Counted from the stretch's first letter, positions 20,544-31,442 are shown. The stretch: 64,000 nucleotides of DNA from an uncultured Nocardioides sp. (GCA_964517395.1 CAZFEE010000003.1:259287-323286); one strand, 5' to 3'. Numbers and translations are program-made. The notes: a model not told the origin generated them from the letters alone.

Positions 20544-21500
20544 TCAGACTTTGACGTATTTGCGGGTCAGCAGGAGTGTCGGGATCAGCGTCAGCGCCGG
20601 CCCGAGGATCACGATGCCCGGCGGGAACACGCCGATCAGCGCCTCGCCGTAGTCGGACCAGTCGATCCAGGGCAGGAAGGTGACCCGTTCGGCGATGCCC
20701 TGCTCCACGCCCCAGTACTGGAACGCGGCCAGCGCACCGGCCGCCAGGCCCACGCCGATGATCGCGGTGACGAGCGCCTCCAGGAGGAAGGGCAGCGCGA
20801 TGTAGAGCGTCGAGGCGCCCACCAGGCGCATGATGCCGATCTCGCGTCGGCGGGCCAGCGCGGCCAGCCGGATGGTGTTCGCGACCTGGAGGAGCGCGGC
20901 GAAGAGCAGGAAGCCCGAGCCGATCCAGGAGCCGTACTTCAGCACGGTCATGATCCCGAAGATCTGCTTCAGCGCCTGGCGCTGGTCGAGGATGCTGGAC
21001 ACGCCGTCCAGACCCTCCAGCGCGCTGATCACGCCGTCGGCCTGGTCGGGCGTCTTCAGCGTCACCCAGTACGCCGCGGGCCACTTCTCCGGCGTCACGA
21101 CCGGGTCGTCGCCCTCGAAGGCAGCCTCGGAGTGCTTGCGCTTGGCCTGCTCGTAGGCGAGCCGGAAGCCCTCCTCCTTGGTCTGGAAGTCGAAGGAGTC
21201 GACCTCGGAGCTGGCCTTCAGCTCCTCCTCGATCCGCTCCTTCTGGGCGTCGGTGACCTCGCCGCTGGAGCAGTTCTCGATGCCCCGGCGCTCGGCCGGG
21301 TCGTCCTGGGTGCACAGGTTGACCCGGATCTGGAGCTCGCTGCCGAGGTCGTCGACGGTGATCTCGGCCTCGCGCTGGACCAGGATGCCGATGCCGGCCA
21401 GGGTCAGCGACACGAAGAGCGTGACGATGACGGCCAGGTGCATGGACAGGTTCCGGCGCAGGCCGGTGCGGAGCTCGGTGGAGACATGGCGCAGCTGCAT
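20544..21500 (-). CDS. ftsX: Cell division permease FtsX
   Basis: TM-extracellular loop-3TM layout. NTIRLAALARRREIGIMRLVGAS...PFLLE. Confidence 0.95.
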   Translation of the reverse strand: MQLRHVSTELRTGLRRNLSMHLAVIVTLFVSLTLAGIGILVQREAEITVDDLGSELQIRVNLCTQDDPAERRGIENCSSGEVTDAQKERIEEELKASSEVDSFDFQTKEEGFRLAYEQAKRKHSEAAFEGDDPVVTPEKWPAAYWVTLKTPDQADGVISALEGLDGVSSILDQRQALKQIFGIMTVLKYGSWIGSGFLLFAALLQVANTIRLAALARRREIGIMRLVGASTLYIALPFLLEALVTAIIGVGLAAGALAAFQYWGVEQGIAERVTFLPWIDWSDYGEALIGVFPPGIVILGPALTLIPTLLLTRKYVKV

Positions 21501-21504
21501 CCGC

Positions 21505-22215
21505 TCAGCCCTCCTGCTGGTTGTCGAGGTGCTGGAAGCCGTAGCTCCCGGCGGCCTCGTCACGCACGACCTTGCCGTTGGTCAGCTCGATCACGCGCTT
21601 GGTGAACTGGTCGACGATCCCGTGGTCGTGGGTGGCCATGACCACCGTCGTACCGGCCTCGTTGATGTCGCCGAGCAGGTTCATGATCCCGACCGAGGTC
21701 TGCGGGTCGAGGTTGCCGGTGGGCTCGTCGGCGATGAGGATCATCGGCCGGTTGACGTAGGCCCGGGCCACGGCGACGCGCTGCTGCTCGCCGCCGGAGA
21801 GCTCGTCGGGCATGCGGTCGGCCTTGTCCTTGAGGCCGACCAGCTCGAGGGTCGCCGGGACGACCTTGTTGATGTCGCGCTGGGACTTGCCGATCACCTG
21901 CTGGGCGAAGGCGACGTTCTCGGCGACGGTCTTGTTGGGGAGCAGGCGGAAGTCCTGGAACACGGTGCCGATCTGGCGGCGCAGCCGGGGCACCTTCCAC
22001 CCGGCCATCCGGTTGATCTCCTTGCCGGCGACGTAGACCCGGCCCGTCGTCGGACGCAGCTCGCGCAGGACCAGCCGCAGGGCGGTCGACTTCCCGGAGC
22101 CGGACTGTCCGACGAGGTAGACGAACTCCCCCTTGTCGATGTCCAGGGTGACCTGGTCGAGCGCAGGCCTGCCGGGACCGGCATAGCGTTTGGTGACCTT
22201 TTCGAAGCGAATCAC
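21505..22215 (-). CDS. ftsE: Cell division ATP-binding protein FtsE
   Basis: [39 protein letters not shown] start 7 nt after a TACCGT -10 (probably leaderless). Confidence 0.97.
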   Translation of the reverse strand: MIRFEKVTKRYAGPGRPALDQVTLDIDKGEFVYLVGQSGSGKSTALRLVLRELRPTTGRVYVAGKEINRMAGWKVPRLRRQIGTVFQDFRLLPNKTVAENVAFAQQVIGKSQRDINKVVPATLELVGLKDKADRMPDELSGGEQQRVAVARAYVNRPMILIADEPTGNLDPQTSVGIMNLLGDINEAGTTVVMATHDHGIVDQFTKRVIELTNGKVVRDEAAGSYGFQHLDNQQEG

Positions 22216-22307
22216 TGGCATGACGGTACGCGACGGACCTGGGCGTCCCGGGGACCGCCCGGCCTCCGGTGCGTCGGCCTGGGAGCGATGACCTAGGCTG
22301 CATCGAC

Positions 22308-22937
22308 GTGTCGACCGTCCTGCGCGCGCTGGGTCTCTCAGCGCTCCTCACGCTGGTGCCGGTCGGCATCGGGGTGGGCGTGTCCGAGGACCGTACGCCG
22401 GCCCCGGAGGCCGCGACCTATGTCGGCACCGACCTCGCCGACTTCGACAGCACGGCCGCGGTGGTCCAACGCGCGCCGTTCTGCGAGCTGGTGCCCGCGG
22501 ACGGCGTCCGGGAGGCGCTCGGCGCGAAGGGCGAGCTGACGGCCTACGGCAACGGCGAGCAGGCCGAGTCGCTGCCGGACGGCGACGTGGCGCACGAGTA
22601 CGGCTGTGTCTTCACCGCTGCCGACGGCGGCGAGGCGCGCGCCTGGGTGTTCGCTCCCCCGGTCACCGCCGCGCGGGCGGCGGCGCTGGCGAAGGCCGCC
22701 GTGACCGACGGCTGCAGGGCGAGCGCCGGAGCACCGCCCTTCGGCAGCCCGACCGCGGCCGTGGTGTGCGTCGCGGGCGCGACCCGCACGGCGTCGTACC
22801 GCGGGCTGTTCGGGGACGCCTGGCTGAGCTGCTCCCTCACCCAGCCTGCCGGGGTGACCGCGTCCGACCTCCTCGCCCGGGCAGGGCGCTGGTGCGTGGC
22901 GGTGGCGCAGGCCGCCTCGGTGACCTCCTCCTCCTGA
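22308..22937 (+). CDS. Secreted/membrane-anchored hypothetical protein
   Basis: N-terminal hydrophobic segment and several Cys. TAGGCT -10 is 8 nt before the GTG. Confidence 0.7.
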   Translation: MSTVLRALGLSALLTLVPVGIGVGVSEDRTPAPEAATYVGTDLADFDSTAAVVQRAPFCELVPADGVREALGAKGELTAYGNGEQAESLPDGDVAHEYGCVFTAADGGEARAWVFAPPVTAARAAALAKAAVTDGCRASAGAPPFGSPTAAVVCVAGATRTASYRGLFGDAWLSCSLTQPAGVTASDLLARAGRWCVAVAQAASVTSSS

Positions 22938-22992
22938 AGTCAGGACCCAGGTCCCGCGTCAACCGGGACCGTGCGGCGCCGATGGAAGGGAC

Positions 22993-24696
22993 ATGCTGCG
23001 TCCTGGTCTCCTTGCTCTGACGGTCCTGGCCGTCTCGGCGGCCGGTCTCGCAATGCCGGCGACGGCTGACGAGCAGGCCCCCGAGCCCCGTTCCTCCGAC
23101 GACCCCGCCCTCGTGGTCTCCGACGACGGCACCACGTTCGCCGTCGACGAATGGCCCGCGCCCCCGGACGGGCCGGTGCTCACCGCCCGGACGGCGACGG
23201 TGCGCGGCGCGGCCCAGGCGTCGTACGACGCCGCGGACGCCTTCACCCTGCACAGCCGCCGAGGGGCGAGCCGCACGATCTACCTCGACTTCGACGGCGG
23301 CTCGCTGCTGTCCACCAACTCCTGGCTCGACAACGGCCTGAGCCAGCTCGTCTTCCCCGGCTGGTCGCTGGACGGCTCGAGCGCCTTCTCCGCCACCGAG
23401 CGGGCCGTCGTCATCGAGGTCTGGGAGCGGATGGCCGAGGACTTCGCGCCCTTCGACATCGACGTCACCACCCAGGAGCCCGCCTCCGGCGGGCTCTTCC
23501 GGAGCTCGTCCGGCGACACGACCTTCGGCGCACGGGTGGCGTTCACCTCGGGCAGCGCCGTGCAGAACGCCCTCTGCGGCGGTGGCTGCGGCGGGATCGC
23601 GTGGATCGGGACCTTCGACTCGATCACCAGCGGCGAGACCCGCAGCCCGGCGTGGGTCTTCCCCAGCTCGCTCGGCAACCGCGCCAAGAACCTCGCCGAG
23701 GCCGGCAGCCACGAGGCCGGGCACACCCTCGGTCTCAACCACGACGGGACCGGGTCGAGCGGCTACTACGGCGGCACGTCGCTGTGGGGTCCGCTCATGG
23801 GTGCGCCCTACTCGGCGGGAGTGACCCAGTGGTCGCGCGGGGACTACCCCGGCGCCAACAACCGCGAGGACGACCTCGCGAAGATGCAGACCAACGGCGT
23901 CGCGCTGCGTCCCGACGAGGCCGGCGCGAGCGCCGGCTCCGCCACCCCGCTCGCCGACCTGCCCGGCGGCCGCGGGGTCATCAGCAGCCGCTCCGACGCC
24001 GACTGGCTGGCCGTCACGGCGTGCAGCGGCAGCGTCGCCGTCCAGGCCCAGCCCACCGCCGTCGGTGCGAACCTCGACGTCGGCCTGCAGGTCCGCGACG
24101 CCTCCGGCACCGTGCTCGCCTCCGCCGCCCCCGACACCTCCCGCACCTCCAGCGGGGTCACCGGCCAGGCCGCGAGCCTCTCGGTGCCGCTGAGCGGCGG
24201 CCCGTACTACGTGGTCGTCTCGGGCACCGGCTCGGGACGCACCTGGTCCGGAGGCGGGTACGACGACTACGGCAGCCTCGGGAGCTACCGGGTCACCGTC
24301 GCCGGCTGCTCCGGCAGCGGCACCCCGTCCGTGGACGAGCCGCCGGTCGTCGTACCGCCGGTGGTCGGCTCTCCCCCGCCGCTGAGCCGGCCGGGCCGTC
24401 CCGCGCGACCGGCCGCGGCCTCGGGCCCGCGCGGCGGGCGGCGGACCGTGCTCGCGGCCTGGCGCGCCCCGCGGGCGACCGGGGGGACGCCGGTGACGCG
24501 GTACCTCGTCTCGGCGTACCGGGTGGGGACGTCGGCGCGGACCCTCCCCCGCACCTACGCCCGGCAGTACGGCGCCAGCGTCCACCGGGTCTCGCTGAGC
24601 CTGCCCCGCGGGACGTGGGTGGTCAGGGTGCGCGCCCGCAACAAGGTCGGCTGGGGTGCGTACAGCTCCGCCTCGGTGCGGGTGGTGTCCCGCTAG
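22993..24696 (+). CDS. Secreted zinc metalloprotease (metzincin) with PPC-like and C-terminal fibronectin type III domains
   Basis: Signal peptide. TIYLDFDG, HEAGHTLGLNHDG zinc motif, PLMG Met-turn. C-terminal W.AP..TGG.PVT.Y...VRARN..GWG. Confidence 0.88.
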   Translation: MLRPGLLALTVLAVSAAGLAMPATADEQAPEPRSSDDPALVVSDDGTTFAVDEWPAPPDGPVLTARTATVRGAAQASYDAADAFTLHSRRGASRTIYLDFDGGSLLSTNSWLDNGLSQLVFPGWSLDGSSAFSATERAVVIEVWERMAEDFAPFDIDVTTQEPASGGLFRSSSGDTTFGARVAFTSGSAVQNALCGGGCGGIAWIGTFDSITSGETRSPAWVFPSSLGNRAKNLAEAGSHEAGHTLGLNHDGTGSSGYYGGTSLWGPLMGAPYSAGVTQWSRGDYPGANNREDDLAKMQTNGVALRPDEAGASAGSATPLADLPGGRGVISSRSDADWLAVTACSGSVAVQAQPTAVGANLDVGLQVRDASGTVLASAAPDTSRTSSGVTGQAASLSVPLSGGPYYVVVSGTGSGRTWSGGGYDDYGSLGSYRVTVAGCSGSGTPSVDEPPVVVPPVVGSPPPLSRPGRPARPAAASGPRGGRRTVLAAWRAPRATGGTPVTRYLVSAYRVGTSARTLPRTYARQYGASVHRVSLSLPRGTWVVRVRARNKVGWGAYSSASVRVVSR

Positions 24697-24711
24697 GCGG
24701 CAGGGGCCGGA

Positions 24712-25830
24712 TCAGGCGTCGGCGGACTGCTCGGCGCCCCGGCGCCAGCGGATGCCGGCCTCCAGGAAGCCGTCGATCTCCCCGTCGAAGACCGGCTGGG
24801 GGTTGCCGGTCTCGTAGCCGGTGCGCAGGTCCTTGACGATCTGGTACGGGTTGAGGACGTAGTTGCGCATCTGGTCGCCCCAGCTCGCGGCGACGTCGCC
24901 CTTGAGGTCCTTCTTGAGCGCGGCCTCCTCGGCCTTCTTCTTCGCGAGGAGCTTGGCCTTGAGGACGATCATCGCGGCGGCCTTGTTCTGCAGCTGCGAC
25001 TTCTCGTTCTGGCAGGTCACCACGATGCCGGTGGGGATGTGGGTGAGCCGGACCGCGGAGTCGGTGGTGTTGACCGACTGGCCGCCGGGACCTCCGGAGC
25101 GGTAGACGTCGACCTTCACGTCGTTCTCGTCGACCTCGATCTCGTCGGTCTCCTCCAGCTGCGGCACGACCTCGACAGCGGCGAAGGAGGTCTGGCGCCG
25201 GCCCTGGTTGTCGAACGGGCTGATCCGCACCAGGCGGTGGGTGCCGACCTCGACGGAGAGGGTGCCGTAGGCGTAGGGGGCGTGGATCGCGAACTCGGCG
25301 GACTTGATGCCCGCCTCCTCGGCGTAGGAGACGTCGAAGACCTCGACGGGGTACTTGTTGCGCTCGGCCCAGCGGGTGTACATCCGCATGAGCATCTCGG
25401 CGAAGTCCGCGGCGTCGACGCCACCGGCGCCGGAGCGGATGGTGACGATGGCCTCGCGCTCGTCGTAGTCGCCCGACAGCAGGGTGCGCACCTCGAGGCC
25501 CTCGACGGCCTTCTTGATGCGCTCCAGCTCGCCCTCGGCCTCGGCCAGGGAGTCGGCGTCGCCCTCCTCCTGGGCGAGCTCGGCGAGCACCGCGAGGTCG
25601 TCGATCCGCGCCTGCAGGGCGCGGAACCGGTCGACCTGGCCCTGCAGGCCCGACAGCCGGCCGGTCACCCGGGTGGCGTTGGCCTGGTCGTCCCACAGGT
25701 CGGGGGCGGCCACCTGCTCACCGAGGTCCGCGATCTCCGCCTCCATCTTGGGCAGGTCGAGGACCTGCTCGATGGTGTGCATCGTCGCAGTCAGCTGCTT
25801 GATCTCGGCGTCGTAATCGGGTCCGGCCAC
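24712..25830 (-). CDS. prfB: Peptide chain release factor 2 (continuous frame, no programmed frameshift)
   Basis: [12 protein letters not shown] (SPF) and [15 protein letters not shown] (GGQ). TAACCT -10 shortly before the GTG. Confidence 0.97.
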   Translation of the reverse strand: MAGPDYDAEIKQLTATMHTIEQVLDLPKMEAEIADLGEQVAAPDLWDDQANATRVTGRLSGLQGQVDRFRALQARIDDLAVLAELAQEEGDADSLAEAEGELERIKKAVEGLEVRTLLSGDYDEREAIVTIRSGAGGVDAADFAEMLMRMYTRWAERNKYPVEVFDVSYAEEAGIKSAEFAIHAPYAYGTLSVEVGTHRLVRISPFDNQGRRQTSFAAVEVVPQLEETDEIEVDENDVKVDVYRSGGPGGQSVNTTDSAVRLTHIPTGIVVTCQNEKSQLQNKAAAMIVLKAKLLAKKKAEEAALKKDLKGDVAASWGDQMRNYVLNPYQIVKDLRTGYETGNPQPVFDGEIDGFLEAGIRWRRGAEQSADA

Positions 25831-25887
25831 AAGGAGCAAGGTTACGGGCCCGCCGGGGACGAGGCGAACTGATGACCCTCGGAGGCG

Positions 25888-28800
25888 TCAGCGGCGCACC
25901 GTCACCACCGCGGTGTTGCGGACGGCGGTGACGTAGCCCGTGCGGGTGTAGGTCACCTTGACCGCCACCCGCGCGCCCGCCCAGCGCGCGGCGAGCCGCA
26001 GCGTGGGCGCCGTCGAGACCCGCTTCCCCGCGACGTACCAGGCGTAGGTCACCTTCGCCGACGGGCTCACCACGCCCGGCTGGACGGACAGCGTCCGGCC
26101 GACCTTCGGGGTGCCGGTGATCCGCGGGCCCCTGGTGACCGCGAGCGCGGCGCGGACCACCGCGGCGGTGGCGGCGGAGGTGCGCGTCGCGGCGGCGTAC
26201 CCGGGTGCGGTGACGGCGACGCGCAGGCTGATCCGCTTGCCGACCAGGCTCGGGCCGACCTTCAGCGTCGTGCTCGTCGCGCCGGCGACCGGCTTGCCGT
26301 CGGCCAGCCACTGGTACGACGTCGTCGCCGGCACCGGCGTCCACGCCCCCGCCGTGCCGGCGAGCGTCCGGCCGACCTTCGCGGTGCCGGTGACCTTGGG
26401 CGCCGTGGTGCTGGTGATCGTGCCGGCGGCGACCGGCGCGGTGGCCGTCGAGATCGCGACCCCGTCGGTGTGGCCGTCGGCGGTCGCGGTCACCCGCAGG
26501 CTGATCGCCTTGCCGAGCTCCGCCGCCGTCAGTGTGTACGACGCCGCGGTGGCGCCGCTGATCTCCGCCCCGTCCGCCAGCCACTGGTACGACGTCGCGC
26601 TCGGTGCCGGCGTCCAGGAGCCGCTCGTGCCGATGAGCTCCTGGCCCACCTTCGCCGTACCGCTCACGACGGGCAGGGCGTCGTTGACCACGGCCGGGTC
26701 CGGGAGCACGGTGCACGGGAAGGTGCCGACGCGCAGGGAGTAGCCGCCGGTGTCGCCGTCGTCGCTCCACAGCACGGCCTTGGCGCCGTCGGCGCAGGTC
26801 GACTGCGGGGCGAGCGCGAAGCCCTCGTTGTTGAGGTTCGGCATGCCGGCGGGGCGGCCGTAGGCCGCGGTGATGTCCCAGCTGCCGGAGGCCAGCGCCA
26901 GGGTGACGGTGGTGCCGTCGCAGGAGTCGTCGCACACGGCCCACAGCTGCGTGGTCTCCGGGTCCCACACCACGTCCATCACGCCGGGCGGGCCGGCGTT
27001 CGTGCGCAGCTGCGGGTCGATCGTGGCGATCAGGTGGGCGCTCTCCTGCACGGCGGCGGTCTGGTCGAGCGCGAGGACGTAGAGCAGGCCGGTGCCCTCG
27101 ACGGCGACGACGTAGAGGCCGGTGCCATGCGCGGGGTAGTCCGCCGGGTCGTAGGCCTCGGTGGTGGACCGGTCGACGAGCCCGCCGTTCACGAGGGCGG
27201 CGTCGGGGATCCAGGTGACGCCCTCGAGGCCGAGGTTCGCGCCCAGGCTGGGCAGGAGGCCGTTCAGCGCCCACTCGTCGGTGGCGTTCATCGACGTCCC
27301 GGGCTCGTAGCGCAGCACGGTGTTCCGGCTGACGCCGCTGGCCTCGTTGTTGCGCTCGGCGGCGAGGTAGATCGCGCCGTCCGGCCCGAAGGTGATGCCC
27401 TCGGTGTCGGGGGACCCGGTGCCGTCGGCGTACTTCGGGTTGCGGCCGGTCGGCCAGTCCGCCGCCCGCACGTACCCGTCGCCGTCGCGGACGAGCTTGT
27501 TCAGCGTGCCCGCCTTGTTCTGCGCCACCCACAGGGTGTCGGGGTCGGCCGGGTCGAGGACCAGGCCGCTGGCGTCCTGGTTGAACGTCTCCGCGAGGTC
27601 CGCCGTCCGCACCGTCTGCGAGCCCGGCCAGGCCCGGGTGTCCAGCCCCGGGCAGCTGTTGACCGCGCCGGGCGTCGGCGCGACGTTGTCGACGAAGGCA
27701 CCGACGCCGTCCTTGCAGCGCCCGTAGGTCTGGCTCGCGTGGGCCGTCCAGGCGTAGGAGTCGACCAGCTTGCCGCTCGGGTCGAACAGCCGCACCGCGT
27801 CGGTGCCGCCGAGCCCGGCGGCGGTGTTCACGACGAGGTGCCCGCCGGCCGGTACGACGCTCGGCGCCGGCAGCGTCGTCGGGTCCGTGTCGGTGCTGTC
27901 CTTGACGACCCAGCCCGCGACGTCGACGGCGCTGCCGGAGAGGTTGACCAGCTCGACCCAGTCCGGGCCGGCGGCCGCGTCGCTGGACTCGACCTCGTTG
28001 ACCCGGACCGGGCTGCAGGCGTTGGCCGCGCCGCGGGTCGCGACCGTGGTGACCTGCCAGGGGCCGGTGCCGTCGGGGCAGCGGCCGTAGGTCGTCGCGG
28101 CATGGCCGCCGGACCACGCGTAGGTGTCGACGACGCTCGTGCCGTCGGCCGTGAAGAGGGTGACGCTGTCGTCCACGCCGAGCCCGAAGCCGGGCGGCGG
28201 GAACTCGGTGTAGAGCGCGAAGAAGGCGCCCGGGGCGAGCGTCGTACCGGCCGGGACGACCGCGAACGGGTGCCCGGCGTCGGCGTCGCGCACCTTCCAG
28301 CCGGAGATGTCGACCGTCGTACCGCCCGCGTTGGTCAGCTCCACCCAGTCACCGACGGTGTCGCCGTTGGACTCGACCTCGTTGAGCCGCACGTCCCCGG
28401 GCGCGGCCGGGTCGGCGCAGGCGTTCGCGGCCGCGCGCGTCGAGGCGCTGGTCGTGGTGAACGCGCCGGTGCCGTCGGGGCAGCGGCCGTACGTCGTGCT
28501 CGCGTGCGCGGCCCACTCGTAGGAGTCGACCAGCGTCACGCCGTCGGCCAGGAACAGCCGCGCCTTGTCGGCGCCGCCGAGGCCGAAGGAGGTGTCGACC
28601 GCCAGGTGGCCGCCGGCGGCGAGCGTCGTGCCCGCCGGGATCGCGGTGCTGCTGGTGTCGTCGTTGTCGCGCAGGATCCAGCCGGACACGTCGATCGGCG
28701 CGGCGCCGGTGTTGACGACCTCGATCCAGTCGGTGGTGTCGCCGTTGGACTCGACCTCGTTGACGTTCACCGCGTCGACCGCCGCCGGTAGCGGGCAGGT

Positions 28801-29688
28801 GTTCGCGGTGCCGAAGCTCGGCGCGCCCGTCGTGGTCAGCGCCCCCTTGAGGTCGGGGCAGCGTCCGTAGGTCGTGGTGGCGTGCGCCGTCCAGGAGTAG
28901 GACGCGATGAGTGTCGTGCCGTCCGCCCGGAAGATCCGCGCCGAGTCCGCGCCGCCCAGCCCGAAGTGGCCGGCCGGCGCGGTGCCGGCCGGGTTCTCGA
29001 CGACGACCGCGGCCCGGCCGCCCGCTGCGATGGTGGTGCCCGCCGGGACCGTCACCGCGTGGGTGTCGTCGTTGTCCTTGAGCACCAGCCCCGACGCGTC
29101 GAGCGGCAGCGTCGTCGGGTTGCCGATCTCGATCCAGTCGCCGTTGGTCGCATCCCCGCTGGACTCCACCTCGTTGACGACCAGGTTGTCCACGCTCGGG
29201 CAGTCGTTGGCCGCGCCGAGGGTCTCGGCGTTGGCCTGGACGAACGCGCCCGTGCCGTCCGGGCAGCGCGACCACGACGGGGCGCTGTGGCTGGCGAAGG
29301 TGTGGCCGTCGACCAGCGTCGTGCCGTCCGGCAGGAAGATCCGGGCCGCGTCGCCGTTGCCGAGACCGAAGCCCGCCGGCGAGCCGTCGTCGACGGTGAC
29401 CGTGACGAAGGCGCCCGGCGCGATCGTCGTACCGGGGGCGAGGGTGAGGGTCCGCGCGTCGTTGTTGTCCTTGACGACCCAGCCGGACACGTCGACCGGC
29501 TCGGCGCCGATGTTGGTCAGCTCGATCGCGTCGGCCTTGGTCGGGCTGTTCGTGATGATCTCGTTGATCCGGACGTCCGTCGGCGCGGCAGCGGCGGCCT
29601 GGGCGGGCGCCGCGACGGCGAGCGAGAGCGGGACGAGGCCGACGACAGCGGCCAGGGCGGCGGACAGGCCGCGGGGCGGGGTGCGCAC
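25888..29688 (-). CDS. Secreted lamin-tail-domain protein (5 LTD repeats), beta-propeller (phytase/SdiA-regulated-like) region and 3 C-terminal Ig-like repeats
   Basis: Five xNEV/I...DWIEL.N...D.SGW...D repeats, each with GRCPDG. SGL/EGIT/EGVT/NEG propeller motifs. P.V.GTAKVG..L repeats. Start chosen before the signal peptide. Confidence 0.85.
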   Translation of the reverse strand: MRTPPRGLSAALAAVVGLVPLSLAVAAPAQAAAAAPTDVRINEIITNSPTKADAIELTNIGAEPVDVSGWVVKDNNDARTLTLAPGTTIAPGAFVTVTVDDGSPAGFGLGNGDAARIFLPDGTTLVDGHTFASHSAPSWSRCPDGTGAFVQANAETLGAANDCPSVDNLVVNEVESSGDATNGDWIEIGNPTTLPLDASGLVLKDNDDTHAVTVPAGTTIAAGGRAAVVVENPAGTAPAGHFGLGGADSARIFRADGTTLIASYSWTAHATTTYGRCPDLKGALTTTGAPSFGTANTCPLPAAVDAVNVNEVESNGDTTDWIEVVNTGAAPIDVSGWILRDNDDTSSTAIPAGTTLAAGGHLAVDTSFGLGGADKARLFLADGVTLVDSYEWAAHASTTYGRCPDGTGAFTTTSASTRAAANACADPAAPGDVRLNEVESNGDTVGDWVELTNAGGTTVDISGWKVRDADAGHPFAVVPAGTTLAPGAFFALYTEFPPPGFGLGVDDSVTLFTADGTSVVDTYAWSGGHAATTYGRCPDGTGPWQVTTVATRGAANACSPVRVNEVESSDAAAGPDWVELVNLSGSAVDVAGWVVKDSTDTDPTTLPAPSVVPAGGHLVVNTAAGLGGTDAVRLFDPSGKLVDSYAWTAHASQTYGRCKDGVGAFVDNVAPTPGAVNSCPGLDTRAWPGSQTVRTADLAETFNQDASGLVLDPADPDTLWVAQNKAGTLNKLVRDGDGYVRAADWPTGRNPKYADGTGSPDTEGITFGPDGAIYLAAERNNEASGVSRNTVLRYEPGTSMNATDEWALNGLLPSLGANLGLEGVTWIPDAALVNGGLVDRSTTEAYDPADYPAHGTGLYVVAVEGTGLLYVLALDQTAAVQESAHLIATIDPQLRTNAGPPGVMDVVWDPETTQLWAVCDDSCDGTTVTLALASGSWDITAAYGRPAGMPNLNNEGFALAPQSTCADGAKAVLWSDDGDTGGYSLRVGTFPCTVLPDPAVVNDALPVVSGTAKVGQELIGTSGSWTPAPSATSYQWLADGAEISGATAASYTLTAAELGKAISLRVTATADGHTDGVAISTATAPVAAGTITSTTAPKVTGTAKVGRTLAGTAGAWTPVPATTSYQWLADGKPVAGATSTTLKVGPSLVGKRISLRVAVTAPGYAAATRTSAATAAVVRAALAVTRGPRITGTPKVGRTLSVQPGVVSPSAKVTYAWYVAGKRVSTAPTLRLAARWAGARVAVKVTYTRTGYVTAVRNTAVVTVRR

Positions 29689-29858
29689 GGGGGCGATCCT
29701 CAGGGGTGCGGCCGGGCCCGAGCGCCGGCGAGGCGAGCAGTTCGCCTGCACCCTCACGAGCGTGGGCCAACGGGTGGTGAACCCGCGGGCAACGGCGTAC
29801 GACCGCCAGGCGAGCCTTGGTCGCTTCTGATCGCCGAAGCGCCGGGTACCCCTCCCCC

Positions 29859-30827
29859 ATGACCACGCAGACCGTCCGCGACCGCGTCCCGGGCTCCCAC
29901 GCCGAGAAGCCGACCGAGATCCCGCGGCGCGGGTGGTTCCAAGTGGTCCGCCGGGCGTGGAAGGAGGCGAAGTCCGACCAGGTGCCACTGCTGGCCGCCG
30001 GCGTCGCGTTCTACTCGTTCCTCGCCCTGTTCCCGGCGATGATCGCGGCGGTCATGCTCTACGGGCTGCTGCGCGACCCCGACGACGTACGACGCCAGGT
30101 CGCGTCGCTGTCCGACACCCTGCCCTCGGACGCCGCCAGCCTGCTCACCGGGCAGCTCGAGGCGATCACCACCACCTCCAGCGGCGGCCTCGGGCTCGGC
30201 CTGGTGATCAGCCTCGTGCTCGCGCTGTGGAGCGCGTCGGGCGGCGTCGGCAACGTGATGACGGCCGTCAACCTCGCCTACGACGAGGAGGAGACCCGTG
30301 GCTTCGTCAAGCGCCGCGCCCTCGCCCTCGGCCTGACGCTGGCCGCCATCGTCTTCGTCGTCGTCGCCGTCTCCCTGGTCGCCGTCGCCCCCGCCGTCCT
30401 CGACAACGTCATCGGTGACGGCCCCGCCCGCTGGGGCCTGGAGGCCGCCCGCTGGCTCGGCCTGCTCGTCGCCATGGCCGTCGCCCTCGCCGTGCTCTAC
30501 AAGGTCGCCCCCGACCGCGACGCCCCGCGCTTCCGGTGGGTCTCCATCGGCTCCGTCGTCGCCACCGTCATCTGGCTGCTCGCCAGCCTCGGCTTCTCCC
30601 TCTACGTCGACAACTTCGGCTCCTACAACAAGACCTACGGCGCCCTCGCCGGCGTCGTCGTCCTGCTGCTGTGGCTCTGGCTCACCATGTACGTCGTGCT
30701 CCTCGGCGCCGAGATCAACGCCGAGGCCGAGCAGCAGACCGCCGAGGACACCACCGTCGGGCCGGAGGAGCCGCTCGGGCAGCGGGGCGCGGTGAAGGCG
30801 GACAGCCTGCCCGGCGACCCGGGGTGA
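29859..30827 (+). CDS. YihY/virulence factor BrkB family membrane protein
   Basis: LLAAGVAFY.FLALFP and YNKTYGALAGVVVLLLWLW...LLGAEINAE. GGGTAC stress-sigma-like -10 just upstream. Confidence 0.93.
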   Translation: MTTQTVRDRVPGSHAEKPTEIPRRGWFQVVRRAWKEAKSDQVPLLAAGVAFYSFLALFPAMIAAVMLYGLLRDPDDVRRQVASLSDTLPSDAASLLTGQLEAITTTSSGGLGLGLVISLVLALWSASGGVGNVMTAVNLAYDEEETRGFVKRRALALGLTLAAIVFVVVAVSLVAVAPAVLDNVIGDGPARWGLEAARWLGLLVAMAVALAVLYKVAPDRDAPRFRWVSIGSVVATVIWLLASLGFSLYVDNFGSYNKTYGALAGVVVLLLWLWLTMYVVLLGAEINAEAEQQTAEDTTVGPEEPLGQRGAVKADSLPGDPG

Positions 30828-30854
30828 GCCGCCGGAACGCCTGCTTCACAGCCC

Positions 30855-31050
30855 TCAGAGGAAGAAGTCCGTCGGCGCACGATCGACGGCGACGCGCATC
30901 TGTTCCTCGGTCGCCGACGGGACGACGAGGACCCTCCGGAGCTCCCAGGTGGCACGGCTGGCCAACTCGTCGGTCACATCCTGTGAGAGACGGGCTGGGT
31001 CGTAGAACGTGACCGCAACTTCGACGTCCCAAACTGGTTGAGAAAAGATC
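30855..31050 (-). pseudogene. 5'-truncated orphan immunity gene fragment
   Basis: My translation ...VWDVEVAVTFYDPARLSQDVTDELASRATWELRRVLVVPSATEEQMRVAVDRAPTDFFL* has no clear start. VTFYDP.RL.QD recalls a polymorphic-toxin immunity family. Confidence 0.55.
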
Positions 31051-31092
31051 GATCATGCGCCCCCCTGCGCACAGATTCGAGCAGACCCTCTT

Positions 31093-31121
31093 ACCAGGCG
31101 AGGATCCGCGGATTCTTGCGT
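31093..31121. repeat. Copy 1 of a ~29-bp direct repeat with palindromic core (copy 2 at 35404-35432)
   Basis: Exact 20-mer GGCGAGGATCCGCGGATTCT at 31097-31116 and 35408-35427. Confidence 0.8.
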
Positions 31122-31190
31122 TGGACGCTTGACCACGAGGTGGTCCGCAGCGTCATCTGCGCGGCTCGGTTTCATAGAGCCAGCGAGCAG

Positions 31191-31442
31191 TCATTGATCA
31201 TCTCCGTCTTGACGTCCTAATCGAGCGCTCGGAGCGCACCACCCCACAAGTAGGTCCATGGCGTCCAGGACGACCTCCTCCTCGTCGTCCGTGAGGCTGT
31301 CGCGGATGGCACCCATGTCGGCGAGCAACTCCTGCGGCTTTACGCCTGAGTCGAGAAGCCCTTGAAGCAACTCACGGAGTTGCGTGAGATCCGCACCCGA
31401 TACCACCAGTGCCGTCACCGCACTCCTCGTCTCCGCGCTCAT
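31191..31442 (-). CDS. Orphan immunity protein (83 aa)
   Basis: ATGA overlap with the upstream toxin-tip ORF. Small acidic helical protein with EEE.VLDAMDLLVGWCAP motif. Confidence 0.75.
   Translation of the reverse strand: MSAETRSAVTALVVSGADLTQLRELLQGLLDSGVKPQELLADMGAIRDSLTDDEEEVVLDAMDLLVGWCAPSARLGRQDGDDQ

Noticed and set aside
24712..25830. Programmed +1 frameshift in prfB
   Set aside because: The frame is continuous, as is usual in Actinobacteria.
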